64,000 nt of DNA from Eledone cirrhosa (taxonomy: Eukaryota): assembly GCA_964016885.1 (NCBI GenBank), contig OZ024755.1, positions 13,702,001 through 13,766,000 on the forward strand. The letters run 5' to 3'. Below the pieces are notes generated by a model. The model was not told the origin of the DNA. It was given only the letters and a program-made list of their open reading frames with translations, and did no database searches. The position numbers and the translations under genes were made by a program. Shown here piece by piece: positions 46,788 through 64,000 of the stretch (position 1 is its first letter; every line of letters begins with the position of its first letter).

Positions 46788-48230
46788 CAATGTCGGACTG
46801 GAACCTAACACCACATCTAGCATCAAACACCAGAGACACACCCTATACTACATACCCAACACTAGCTGATCCATTATAACACAAACAACGACATCCCTCT
46901 GGAACCCTTCGCAGGGAAAATACCCATTTATACCTCTACGGCAGGTGAGACAACATCCACCCACTTGGACGGCACTACACCGCTCTAAGGGTAATTTGAG
47001 CATGAATTGATCGGTTGGATGGTGTTGGGCAGAGGAAACGCCTTCCTTAGACAGATGTAAAATGATTTAATCGAGTAGCGCTGTTGACCAGTAGGACCGG
47101 GCTGCTGAGCGCAGTGAGTGAATGCAATGCAACTGCCGTGCGGGTTGTACGTATATGGATGATCTGACGGTCAGAGAGGGGTCGCGAGGACTGCGGATTG
47201 ACCTTTGGCATGCCTGGGGACGATTATCTTTCGACATCCAATGTAGCAAGCGATGACCCAGATCTTACCAGAGATCATTGGGTCCTGAAGCAATCCTGCA
47301 ATCACCGCGCCTGGTCATATGAGCAGACTACAACCACAGAGATCATTAATTTAGAATACTCGCTCATCATCTATAATTTCCATTTGTAGCACCTTAAGAT
47401 GGGTTAATCCACCTTAATAATAATATGATCACCTTCAGCATAATTTAGTTAAACTACTCTATAGTTAGTACACTTTATGCTTTAAAAGTCTCTCTTGGAA
47501 GGTGCACCTCACCATAGAATTTAGGGTCTATATTGGGACACATTTTAATGGCTAGATATAGAAACCCCAGAGTTACCTCCCCGCATGCATTAACTCCCCT
47601 TAGCCACACACACACTTCCGGTATTCAATGGCGTTTCTCGAAACGTAACAACCACCTGTATCGAACTAAAGAACACCAGACTACGATCTCTAACTGGATT
47701 GTCGTGGATTATGTGAAAGGCATATAATCGAAATATACACTCCCTTGACCATGAAAATGCCGAAGTACACGAATTTCTTGACATCCCTGACCTGTGCATC
47801 TCCAATACTTATAACACTTTTAATGCTTGCACTATCTTTAATGCTTATAATATTTCTCCACACACAGACTATATCAATCATATAAAGACTTTGCCACCAG
47901 ATCTACCAACCTAACACTCTTATTTACCTACCTAAGTGCCTCTACCACACATATCTCTCTGCCACACTATATAAACAAGACGCACATGCGTACCATACAT
48001 ATAACATTTGCACTATATAACCACTTATCTTCATGTTGTACTTTAACCTATATCTTTGATTTTTGATTGTACCTATTAATATAAATGTAATCTCGAAGTG
48101 TGTACTGCCACTCTAAATTCTGTAATGAATGTTGACCCACAATGTTTGAATATGTATCAATGTTTGAATATGTATTGGTATGTCTCTCGGCTGAAAAGGA
48201 GGTCATATAACTGTCCATGCATTAATAAAT

Positions 48231-48277
48231 TGCTCCGAAGAATCCAAACCTCGGTTTGGAGGAAACAGCTGTAAGCA
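48231..48277 (+). ncRNA. Minimal type I hammerhead ribozyme with U4C core variant
   Basis: TGCT-CCGAAGA-a-TCCAAACC tc GGTTTGGA-g-GAAA-CAGCTG-TA-AGCA; palindromic stem III ACAGCTGT. Confidence 0.72.
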
Positions 48278-48481
48278 CAATAATGTTTTGAACAGTTCTT
48301 TGATTCTTATATCTCATATAACTGCTCTGTAAATCATCTGATGTTTTTACATTGAGCTACTTAACTTACTGGTAATAAGGTAGTAATACATTACTGCCTA
48401 CCACTATTTAGGGTGTGTGTAAAATACTTACAACTGCTTAAGGTTTTGTGTTTACATAACCATAAATAGTATAACTAATAC

Positions 48482-51141
<2,660 letters not shown>

Positions 51142-51356
51142 TTCGTTTCTGAATTTGTTTAGCAAGATTCTTTATCTGAAATCGTGTGTTGAAACCGATA
51201 TTGTTATACTTTGGGAGGGTCATGTTGCCAATAAGAAACACACGCACCAGTTGCTTTCACTTCAATTTAATTTATTAAATATTTATAAATTTACAAATTT
51301 ATAAATTTCTGGTTGGTTGGTTGGTTCCACAACCAGATAGTTGTTTATATATATAT

Positions 51357-51401
51357 AGTCATAGTTCTTTCGTCACACACTCTGTGACCTCTTCAGTGAC
51401 T
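51357..51401 (-). ncRNA. Minimal hammerhead ribozyme (mirror copy)
   Basis: Reverse complement of 51489-51533. Confidence 0.8.
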
Positions 51402-51488
51402 GGGGATTTCTTTCTTCGTTTCTGTGCCTTTCCTTTCTATGGTAGGATAGAAGAAAGGAAAGGCACAGAAACGAAGAAAGAAATCCCC

Positions 51489-51533
51489 AGTCACTGAAGA
51501 GGTCACAGAGTGTGTGACGAAAGAACTATGACT
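51489..51533 (+). ncRNA. Minimal type I hammerhead ribozyme
   Basis: AGTCA-CTGAAGA-g-GTCACA gagtg TGTGAC-GAAA-GAAC-TA-TGACT. Confidence 0.82.
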
Positions 51534-51716
51534 ATATATATATAAACAACTATCTGGTTGTGGAACCAACCAACCAACCAGAAATTTATAAATTTGTAAA
51601 TTTATAAATATTTAATAAATTAAATTGAAGTGAAAGCAACTGGTGCGTGTGTTTCTTATTGGCAACATGACCCTCCCAAAGTATAACAATATATATAAAT
51701 ATATATATATATAAAT

Positions 51717-51751
<35 letters not shown>

Positions 51752-51798
51752 AATATATATATATATACATATATAAATATATATATATATATATATAA

Positions 51799-51903
<105 letters not shown>

Positions 51904-51989
51904 ATATATGAAACAAAACAGAACAAACACAGGAATGTAAAAGTACACAGCTATATTAAGTTTACGTTTGGAGGAAGTGGAGGATGGTT

Positions 51990-52021
51990 CAATGTTTCGG
52001 ACAGAAGTCCTTCTTCAGGTA
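51990..52021 (-). ncRNA. Hammerhead-like core in a probable further pLTR (~51897-52300)
   Basis: CTGAAGA-a-GGAC ttct GTCC-GAAA-CATTG; lacks the U of the cleavage triplet and a clear stem I. Confidence 0.45.
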
Positions 52022-52651
52022 GAACAGGTAGAGGTAAGAGTAGTTTGTGAAGGTTAGGAAAGGAAGTTAGGAAAAGAGGGTTGGTAGAAGAAAGATAGGT
52101 AGGTGAAATGTACAGCCTGGGTGGGGGTGCAACGTGGAGGGTACAGGAGTGTCATAGGTGTGGTTGTGTGTGTCATAGGGAAGAAATTGCTAGATGTGCG
52201 TGGCTTCAGTCCATGTATGTGTGTGTGGCCAGGTGGGTGTCTCAGAGTCTTATATAGTTGGTATGTGTGCAGACTGATGTTACCTATATGGTTAAATTTA
52301 ATTTTAGTGTGATAAAAACATAGAAAGGAAGGAAAATAAAATAAAAAGCAGACGAAAGTAATCTCAAAAAGAAATGAAACTAAATTAATTCCTTATTGTT
52401 TCTCTGAAGCCAAAACTAAAATACAAAAGAAAACTAAAACTATGAACGCTTGCGAATATCTTTTAATGATTGCTAAACATATTCCAGCCTGTGTATTGAT
52501 TTGTTCACTATTAGATATTAGTGAAGTGAGTTTCATGTGTATTCTCCAGAATCTGTCTATGTATTGTAATTATGCCTCTGTATGTCTGCGTGTACCGATT
52601 ATCATATATTTTGACTATGGGTTTGTTGACGCATTCACAATTAGGTGTGTG

Positions 52652-53189
<538 letters not shown>

Positions 53190-53403
53190 CCATATTGACT
53201 AATGCTTCTCTTCCATAAATGGTTAGGTATTCCTTTTCCGTACTTATAAGTAAAATATTTTCTGGCTTTAAGGCTCCTAGCACCAGAAGTAAAATAGAAG
53301 CTATCTTAAGTGAAAGACCTTGTGTTTAAAAGTACACACAAACATATACGCACACACACACGCAAACACATATGTATGTATATATGTATGTATTTATATA
53401 TAA

Positions 53404-53980
53404 ATCATCATCATCATCATCGTTTAACGTCCATTTTCCATGCTAGCATGGGTCTGGACGGGAATTGTCCCCCTTGAAGCAAGATTGGTTGTCTTGCTCA
53501 GGACTGTCTCACGGGTTTTCTACGGCTGTATGCCCTTCCTAACACCAACCACATTTACAGTGTGAACTGGGAGGTTTTTACCATGTTACCTACACGGCCA
53601 CATTACAGCGTGGACTGTGTTTTTTTTTCGTGGAGACCTACACGACCTCATTTATTTAGGACTGGATGTTGTGGTACCAACATAGCTTTACACGAAAGGG
53701 GTGGTGTAGATGGCTGTGGGGGTAGGGTTAGTAGGAGGAAGGGTGTATTTTGGATAAGGTGCCTACTGACTGTAGGTTTCACTTTGTACTTAGGCAAGGC
53801 GGGTCTTCTGTATTACTACGTAGCACCAAAGATCTTGTCCCAGGTCTTGAAGAGCTGTAAGTGTGTGAGGTCGAATTTTATCAAGTCGTCCCAGGTTTTT
53901 CTGGGTCTGCCTACCCCGTAGCTACCGTCTATTTTGATCACCCTGCACTTTTTTATACAGCTGTCATCTTTCATGCGCGT
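53404..53980 (-). mobile_element. RTE LINE 3' end with long 3'UTR and (GAT)n tail
   Basis: Minus strand [37 protein letters not shown]; tail CCCATGCTAGCATGGAAAATGGACGTTAAACGATGATG shared with SINEs at 21908, 33145, 38660. Confidence 0.85.
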
Positions 53981-53981
53981 T

Positions 53982-57633
<3,652 letters not shown>

Positions 57634-57886
57634 ACTACAATCATCACTAGCAATCAATTATAACGGAACATCCAGGATGTGATATCTGAAAGGAGAAAGG
57701 GCTGTTCCCATACTAGGCTGTGGAACCTTCTTTATCCACTCCGAAAATATATAATACCGAGTAGACCTCAGCAGGATTTGAACTGAGAATGCAGAGACCC
57801 AGAGCCAATAATAACTTTAACAACTATGCTAAACTAGAAGCCTTATTTAGAGTTGAAAGGATACCTAACAGTTTGTGTATATTATG

Positions 57887-58302
57887 TTTATAACAATGTC
57901 CTGAAAATTTGAACTCATCTCACCGACACCCAGTACTATCTGTGCTGATTCCCAGGATTTGCAAACCCGAGACTGAGAATTGTTGAGTTAAGCTTATCAT
58001 AGAGAGAGATTTTGTGAAATTACCAGACACTGTATCAAGTGATCCTATGATAACAGATATTACTATTATCTCACTGTAGTTTCACGGTTTTTATTGTTTA
58101 TAGCAATGTACTTGAACATTTGAACTCATCTTATGGCTACCCTGTACTACCTGTGCTGATTCCCAGGGTTTGCAAACCCATGACTGAAAATCGTTGAGTT
58201 AAGCTGATAATAGAAAGATATTTCGTGAAATTTCAAAACACTGTATCAAGTGATCCTATGATAACATATTACTATTATCTCTCTGTAGTTTCACAGCTTT
58301 TA
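57887..58302. repeat. Diverged ~210-bp tandem duplication
   Basis: TTTGAACTCATCT..CTGTGCTGATTCCCAGG..ACACTGTATCAAGTGATCCTATGATAACA occurs twice. Confidence 0.88.
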
Positions 58303-58647
58303 TCATTCCTACTTTAGATCTTGGTGTTAATCTATCTTCTTATTTTACTTTTATTTTTCACCTTTGTGTGAAATGGACAGGTAACACCTGTTTACTTACA
58401 AGTTCACATATTTTTCTGAAGTACAACTATATTAGGTATTATCATTAGTTATTACAATTATTAGTTATTATTATTTACATTCTGAGTTCAAATTCCACTG
58501 AGGTTAGCTTTGCCTTTCATCCTTACAGGGTCGATAAATTAAAGACTTATTAATACACTGGGACTGGTTTAATCGACTTTCCTGGGACTGGTTTAATCGA
58601 CTTTCCCCTCCCCAAAATTGTGCCTAAATCAGAAACATTATTATTAT

Positions 58648-60076
58648 TGCATGTCATCACTGCATTGATGAGACCAGCTCTGTGTGCAGTGTCTAGTAAT
58701 GCTATTGTCTGTATGCTGTATATATGTATAAGTGGTGGGGGTTTGGTTATGTATCTGCCTGTATGTTTTTTTTAATCATTCCCAGAGTACCTACCATTAA
58801 AGGGATTGTTTCTGTTGTTATCATCCTCATTAGGGATTATTTCTATCTTCAGATCTTTATATTTGGATAATTTCTCCATTTTCTTGGTAGATATATTGTC
58901 GTCTGTGGGGATACATAATCAACTAGAAGCCGTCTTTTCCTTTGTGGTCTTTGACTATAATATCCGGTTGGTTGGCTTCAATCTCCCTGTCTGTGTGTTT
59001 TGGCAATTACTAGAGTATGGTTCCTCTGTCCTCTGAAACCTTTTCTAGTGTATATGAGTACCATCATTTTTTCCTGTAGGTATTTCATAGAGTTGGGATT
59101 ACTTTCAGTGTATGTAAATAACAACTATGTGGAGGCACAAGCCCTAGTGATAAAGGTGTTCGACTTACAATCATAATGTCATGGATTCGATTCCTCGATT
59201 GCCTGTTGTGTTCTTGAGCAAAACACTTCATTTCACGTTGCTCCAGTATACTCAGCTGAAAATGAATACCAGCAATATCTGAGGTTTTAACCCTGAGATA
59301 GACTGGCATCCTGTCCAGGGAGAAATCTTGTACTCTCAGTCACTTCACGTCATGAAACCGGGATAAGCACCGGCCAAATGAGCCTTCTGGCTTAAGACAG
59401 ACATTAGACTTTAGAAATAACAACTGTATCATGTCTGTGGACATATTCCCTTTTGGCTAGGACTGGGCAGCCAGAGATAATGTGGTTAAGTATTCCTTCC
59501 CTATCATAGCATATTCTGCAGTTACTTACTATGTTTTGCTTCATAATGCATTTTTTGAGGGCTGAGGTAGGTTTGGTCTTGTACTACAATTAGAAATCCT
59601 TTAGTCAGTGCTTCTTAACTAGTTTTGTGTATATTCCTTGTCCACTTCCTTCCTACTCAGTAGGGGTTTTCCTTACAATCATTATAGCATATCATTTTGG
59701 AGATCTGTTTTCAATTTGGATTTAATCTTTTTCATAGTTTCTTTTACTGTTTCTTCTGTGTTTTCATTGTCCTCATAATGTTCTATCAATTTAACTTCTG
59801 TTTTGAATTTGTTGGCTTCCTTGAATACAGAAAAAACTTTTCAGTTTTGTTCATGTTTCATGGCTAGTTGCATTAACTTTCCATTGTTCTTCATGAGATA
59901 TTTTTGTAGTCCTACAGTGATAATTTTATAATAGTTTTCGGGTTACATAAGACTTCTTTCTCCCTGTGTTCTTGATAGATATAATTTTTATACATTTGAC
60001 TTTGGGTGGTGTATTCTAAATGCAGCCATTTTTTTTTTGTTTCTGTCTAGTCAAGCTATTTCTTTTAGTGCCCAAT

Positions 60077-60082
<6 letters not shown>
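58648..60082 (-). pseudogene. Degenerate R4/Dong-like non-LTR retrotransposon 3' part (CCHC knuckle plus restriction-like endonuclease)
   Basis: Minus strand: IINW..LD..HHPK..KLYLSR; GFLIVVQDQ; NHIISGCPVLAKREYVHRHD; HTDREIEANQPDIIVKD; EKLSKYKDLKIE; IPLMVGTLGMIKK; 3' end abuts (TAA)n. Confidence 0.82.
59127..59414 (+). mobile_element. tRNA-derived SINE, family B, with 11-bp target-site duplication, nested in the R4/Dong-like element
   Basis: AAATAACAACT at 59116-59126 and 59415-59425; head GGAGGCAC..GATTCGATTCC. Confidence 0.85.
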
Positions 60083-60129
<47 letters not shown>

Positions 60130-60221
60130 CTTGCAAGCAGGAAAAAGCGGACGTATGATGATGATGATCATCATGATTTATATCTGTATATACACACACA
60201 CATATGTTCATACATACATGC

Positions 60222-60284
<63 letters not shown>

Positions 60285-61094
60285 TATGTGTGTGTGTGTA
60301 TATATACATATATGTATGTATATATATGGGAATAAATATAAATAAAGATTGTTCATATCATTTCAGGCCATAAGTTGAAGTAAGGTTATATATTGCTTGT
60401 GGTGTTGTTTAACAAGAACTGCAATATGAACAGAATCGGAGGTGGGGTCGGTGCAGAGACAAAGAAATCCCCTCCCACTTCTCCAAAACATATAAAACTA
60501 CAAAAAATATCAAAACATACACACAGAAACACATACACATACACACTGACACCAAACAAAACTATTGTCTTGTAGCTTCTAAATTTAGCTTATCGGTTTC
60601 AATAATCACGCTCATTCAAAATTGGAATTAAATTAGATCGTAATGTTCTTTCATTAAAATTATCCCTTTAAATAGAATGGTTAATTGCTTCTTTTATATT
60701 ACTTTGAAATAGAACAATTACTCACAGTATTATTATCACTATTATTATCACTATTAACATCAACAAGATCAGCACTGTCATCATCATCATCATCATCATC
60801 ATCAATATTATCATCACAGCCATCATTATCATCAACAACATCACTATTATCATCACCACCATCATCTCCACTATCATCCTCATCACTATAATACTCATCA
60901 TTATTGTTATTGTAATCATTTAAAACCTCATTCTCTGTATTGTTTTGTTTTCGTATTGTCTCCAATGTCCTGGGCCATTGCCGTCAATAAAAGAAATAAT
61001 AATAAAAGAAATAATAATAATAGTAATAATAATAATAATTGCTTCTTTATTGGCTACAAGGGCAGACAATTATTATTATTAAAGGTTAGGGTTA

Positions 61095-61420
61095 GTTTGC
61101 CTTTCATCCTTACGGGATCGATAAAATAAAGTACCAGTCACGCACTCAGGTCGATTTAATCGACTTTCCCCTCCCTCAAAATTGCTGGCCTTGTGCCTAT
61201 ATAAGAAACCATTATTATTATTATTGAGGGTGGTAAATTGACAGTATCGGTAGAGTGTCAGATACCATGTTCCGTAGCAGAGTTACAGCGCTTTACTGTT
61301 TGAGTTCAAATCTCGCCGAAGGGGTCGATAAAATAAAGCACCTGTAAAGCGCTGGGGTCGATTTAATCAACTTCCTTCCCCAATTCAAATTGCTGGCGTT
61401 GTGCCTATAATAGAAATCAC
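61095..61420 (+). mobile_element. Two SINE family A copies (61095-61210 truncated, 61227-61420)
   Basis: Match 9337-9548. Confidence 0.82.
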
Positions 61421-61684
61421 TATTTCTATTATTATTAGTCATTTTACGTTCGTATTACATTTTATTTCATTATTGTTTTAGTTCGGTAACTTATTTAAAA
61501 TGTTTTATCCGAGACAATCTTATAAGACTAAAATTAAGCCTTTCTCTTTTAGAGAGGGAAAATTTATTTTTGAACGAAGTTTTTATATATTTTTTAATAT
61601 TTACTTTCTAGATTTAAGAACTGGCTCCTGTTCAAAGAATGTTGCAATTTAAAGAAATGCTTGTGTGTGTACATGTCTCTCTCT

Positions 61685-61735
<51 letters not shown>

Positions 61736-61973
61736 GTGTATATATATATATGCATGTGTTTTTATATATATATATATATATATCTCAATATATATATATA
61801 TATATACGCACATACATTACTACACATACATACATACTTGAATTTGCACTATAAAAATTTCAGATATGAATTTAACATTGAAGTGCAGAAATTCTCGCAC
61901 CATTGATCAGCTTCCATTTCAGTGTAATGAGTGTGTATCTGTATGTGTATATGTTAATATATAAGTAACTGTT

Positions 61974-62035
<62 letters not shown>

Positions 62036-62164
62036 AACATATATATATATATATATATATATATACATTTTGAGTATATGTTGGTTGTTTACCGACACCT
62101 AAGTATATATATCTATCTATCTATCTATCTATCTAGATATCTGTATATATAACTATCTATCTAT

Positions 62165-62566
62165 CCTGTGCGTAATAGCCATGGCGAAAGAGGTTGTATG
62201 GTGGACGCGTCTAAAAGGACTGAGGTCAGACTCCTTTCTCTCTGGCCAACAACTGGTCCGTTTCTTCCGATATCATTTCGGAAGAAGGATCAGGATGGAG
62301 AGAGAGGTGCTGCACCCCAGCCGTTTTTATGAAAGAAGGGTGAAAGTGGCGAGAATGGCCCGTGTGAATGGGCCTCCACTTACATCAGACTATAGGTGAG
62401 GAAGATGAAAGATCAAGGGAGCACCCCCTCTCTGTGCTCCTGAGGAGAAGGGTTGTACACTTTTTTTGTTATTGCCTCCTCCTTATTGAGGACGCCTTTT
62501 TATGTAAACTCCCCCCCATTGTACTTGTCCCACTTTTTGATGCCCTGGTGGCAATTAAAAAGAAAG
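62165..62566 (+). mobile_element. 3' end of an L1/Tx1-clade non-LTR retrotransposon inserted in (TATC)n
   Basis: Frame IAMAKEVVWWTR..LVRFFRYHFGRRIRMEREVL..FYERR resembles Tx1 ORF2 C-terminus (AKxxIWxxR..RIxxE..FxxRW); 3'UTR ends GCAATTAAAAAGAAAG; TATC repeats on both sides. Confidence 0.65.
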
Positions 62567-62717
62567 TTATCTATATCTATCTATATCTCTCTATATATAT
62601 CTATATCTATCTATATCTACCTATATCTATCTCTATATATCTATATCTATCTATCTATATCTATATATATATCTATATATGTCTATCTATATCTATATAT
62701 CTATCTATATCTATAAT

Positions 62718-62990
62718 AATAAATTTGAAGACTAAAATCCAAAGAAGGCTCGATAAGGATAAATATATATCAAATATATAAGAACCGTAGAGCAAATATT
62801 TATTAAAATAACAGATTAAAGTTTAAGGGAACGTTTCCACGAACCAAAGTATCGTCTTCCTGTCTTCATCCGGTTGTAACGTTTTTTGAAATATCCACTT
62901 CTGCGTTTACAGATTGATCTTGTTAGTTTCAGAAGATCTCATTAAGGGTGAAAGCAGCGATTCTTTGCTTAAACTTTAATCTGTTATTTT

Positions 62991-62995
<5 letters not shown>
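62718..62995. mobile_element. Fold-back insert: ~80-bp extension, 28-bp arm, long inverted arm ending in (TA)n
   Basis: 62800-62827 is the exact reverse complement of 62968-62995; body also at 27889-28085. Confidence 0.7.
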
Positions 62996-63048
<53 letters not shown>

Positions 63049-63852
63049 CAGTAATAGTTAAACGATTGATATAGCACAAAAGAATGTTAACAATTCGGTC
63101 GTTAGCCTCTTATTGGAAGATACACTAAGAGACAGAATAAGAAATAGAAATAATAGACGAAAATAAAAAAATGGTGGAAGCGGAATTTTTGTGAGTTCCG
63201 CCAACCATTTTGTCTAAAACTTAAATAATGATAAAGTGTCACCGAAACATCAGGGCCGTGTTGTAAAGATACGAATGCATCTACTTATTTATATGTTTGT
63301 ATAAAGACGCTCTATCTCTTCAACAAACCAGCTTGTTTCTAAATCTCTCTCTCCACACACATATATATAAACGTCTTTTGTAATTTAACTCTTTTGTGAC
63401 TATATCGCTAATGAAATTAATTCAGTTCCACTTAATAATTTGATGGATTAAGGAAAATTAATTTTGATTTCATTATTGAGATTGTATCTTAATATATAGT
63501 TTTTATATAAAATTATGTTGGAAATTATGTTATTTTAAATAGGAAACCTTTTAAATCGTTGGTTTTGATTCATAGGCACAGGACTGGTTTTAGGTGAGTT
63601 ATAGCAATGTAAAGCACAATTTAAAAGAAACAAAACTGAACAAATACATGAGCAGGACACGAACCTTACATTCATTACTTTCCTGGTAATCACATTAACC
63701 ATCTATCACGTTCACTATAAAAGTTTTCGTTTCACAAATTCGATTTAAAAGAAATTGAACTCTACTACTACTACTGCCGCCAACACCATATATATATATA
63801 TATATATATATAAAACGAAAAACCAGTGATGTATCTGAACTCTATGTATTGT

Positions 63853-63890
63853 GTGTTACAATTGTTTCGCCAGCGGACAGCTCGAGACAC
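63853..63890 (-). ncRNA. Degenerate hammerhead (2-nt deletion in CUGANGA)
   Basis: GTGT-CT[--]CGA-GCTG tccgc TGGC-GAAA-CAATTG-TA-ACAC; palindromic stem III ACAATTGT. Confidence 0.5.
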
Positions 63891-63969
63891 GATCATTGTG
63901 TGGATCTGTCTGATTCTGGATCCGCAGGTTCGACGGACACGTCTAATGATTTCGGAACCAATTCTCTCT

Positions 63970-64000
<31 letters not shown>

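Larger units (their letters stand above)
45683..48481 (+). mobile_element. 5'-truncated Penelope-like retroelement with inverted 5' pLTR, inserted in (TA)n
   Basis: 45683-45968 is the near-perfect reverse complement of 48035-48320; GIY-YIG ORF; hammerhead in pLTR; ~160-bp 3' extension. Confidence 0.92.
51142..51692. mobile_element. pLTR fold-back hairpin: 241-bp arms, 13-bp spacer, 56-bp extension
   Basis: 51198-51438 is the reverse complement of 51452-51692 (no mismatch seen); hammerhead in each arm. Confidence 0.9.

Noticed and set aside
47246-47295. SECIS element in the PLE 3' region
   Set aside because: ATGA..TGA flank a hairpin but the apical AA and quartet register do not fit, and the visible ORF has no in-frame TGA.
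61083-61095. Telomeric TTAGGG repeat
   Set aside because: Under two units; chance occurrence at a SINE junction.
63095-63135. Hammerhead on the minus strand
   Set aside because: Both core boxes are altered (CCAATAAGA, GAAT); too degenerate to call.

Overview
AT-rich eukaryotic, repeat-dominated DNA; the SINE families and huge (TA)n arrays look like an octopus/cephalopod genome (recognition from memory, not verified). Roughly a third of the window is interrupted (TA)n microsatellite, which generates nearly all the long YIYI-type ORFs (artefacts). No intact host gene is evident; one candidate terminal exon lies at 43748-43915. The informative content is retroelements nested in microsatellites: a 5'-truncated Penelope-like element (PLE) with an open GIY-YIG frame and an inverted pLTR (45683-48481); at least six small fold-back (hairpin/inverted-end) inserts in (TA)n, several with minimal type I hammerhead ribozymes and all with the same architecture (inverted arm starting at an internal ATAT-like motif plus an unpaired 3' extension); RTE, R4/Dong-like, Tx1-like and CR1-like LINE fragments; a bipartite RTE-derived element in two copies; many tRNA-derived SINEs; mariner-like MITEs; a 98-bp satellite; and a T-arm-deleted pre-tRNA-Asp copy fused to a retroposon tail. 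Coordinates were read by eye; boundaries of degenerate repeats are approximate.
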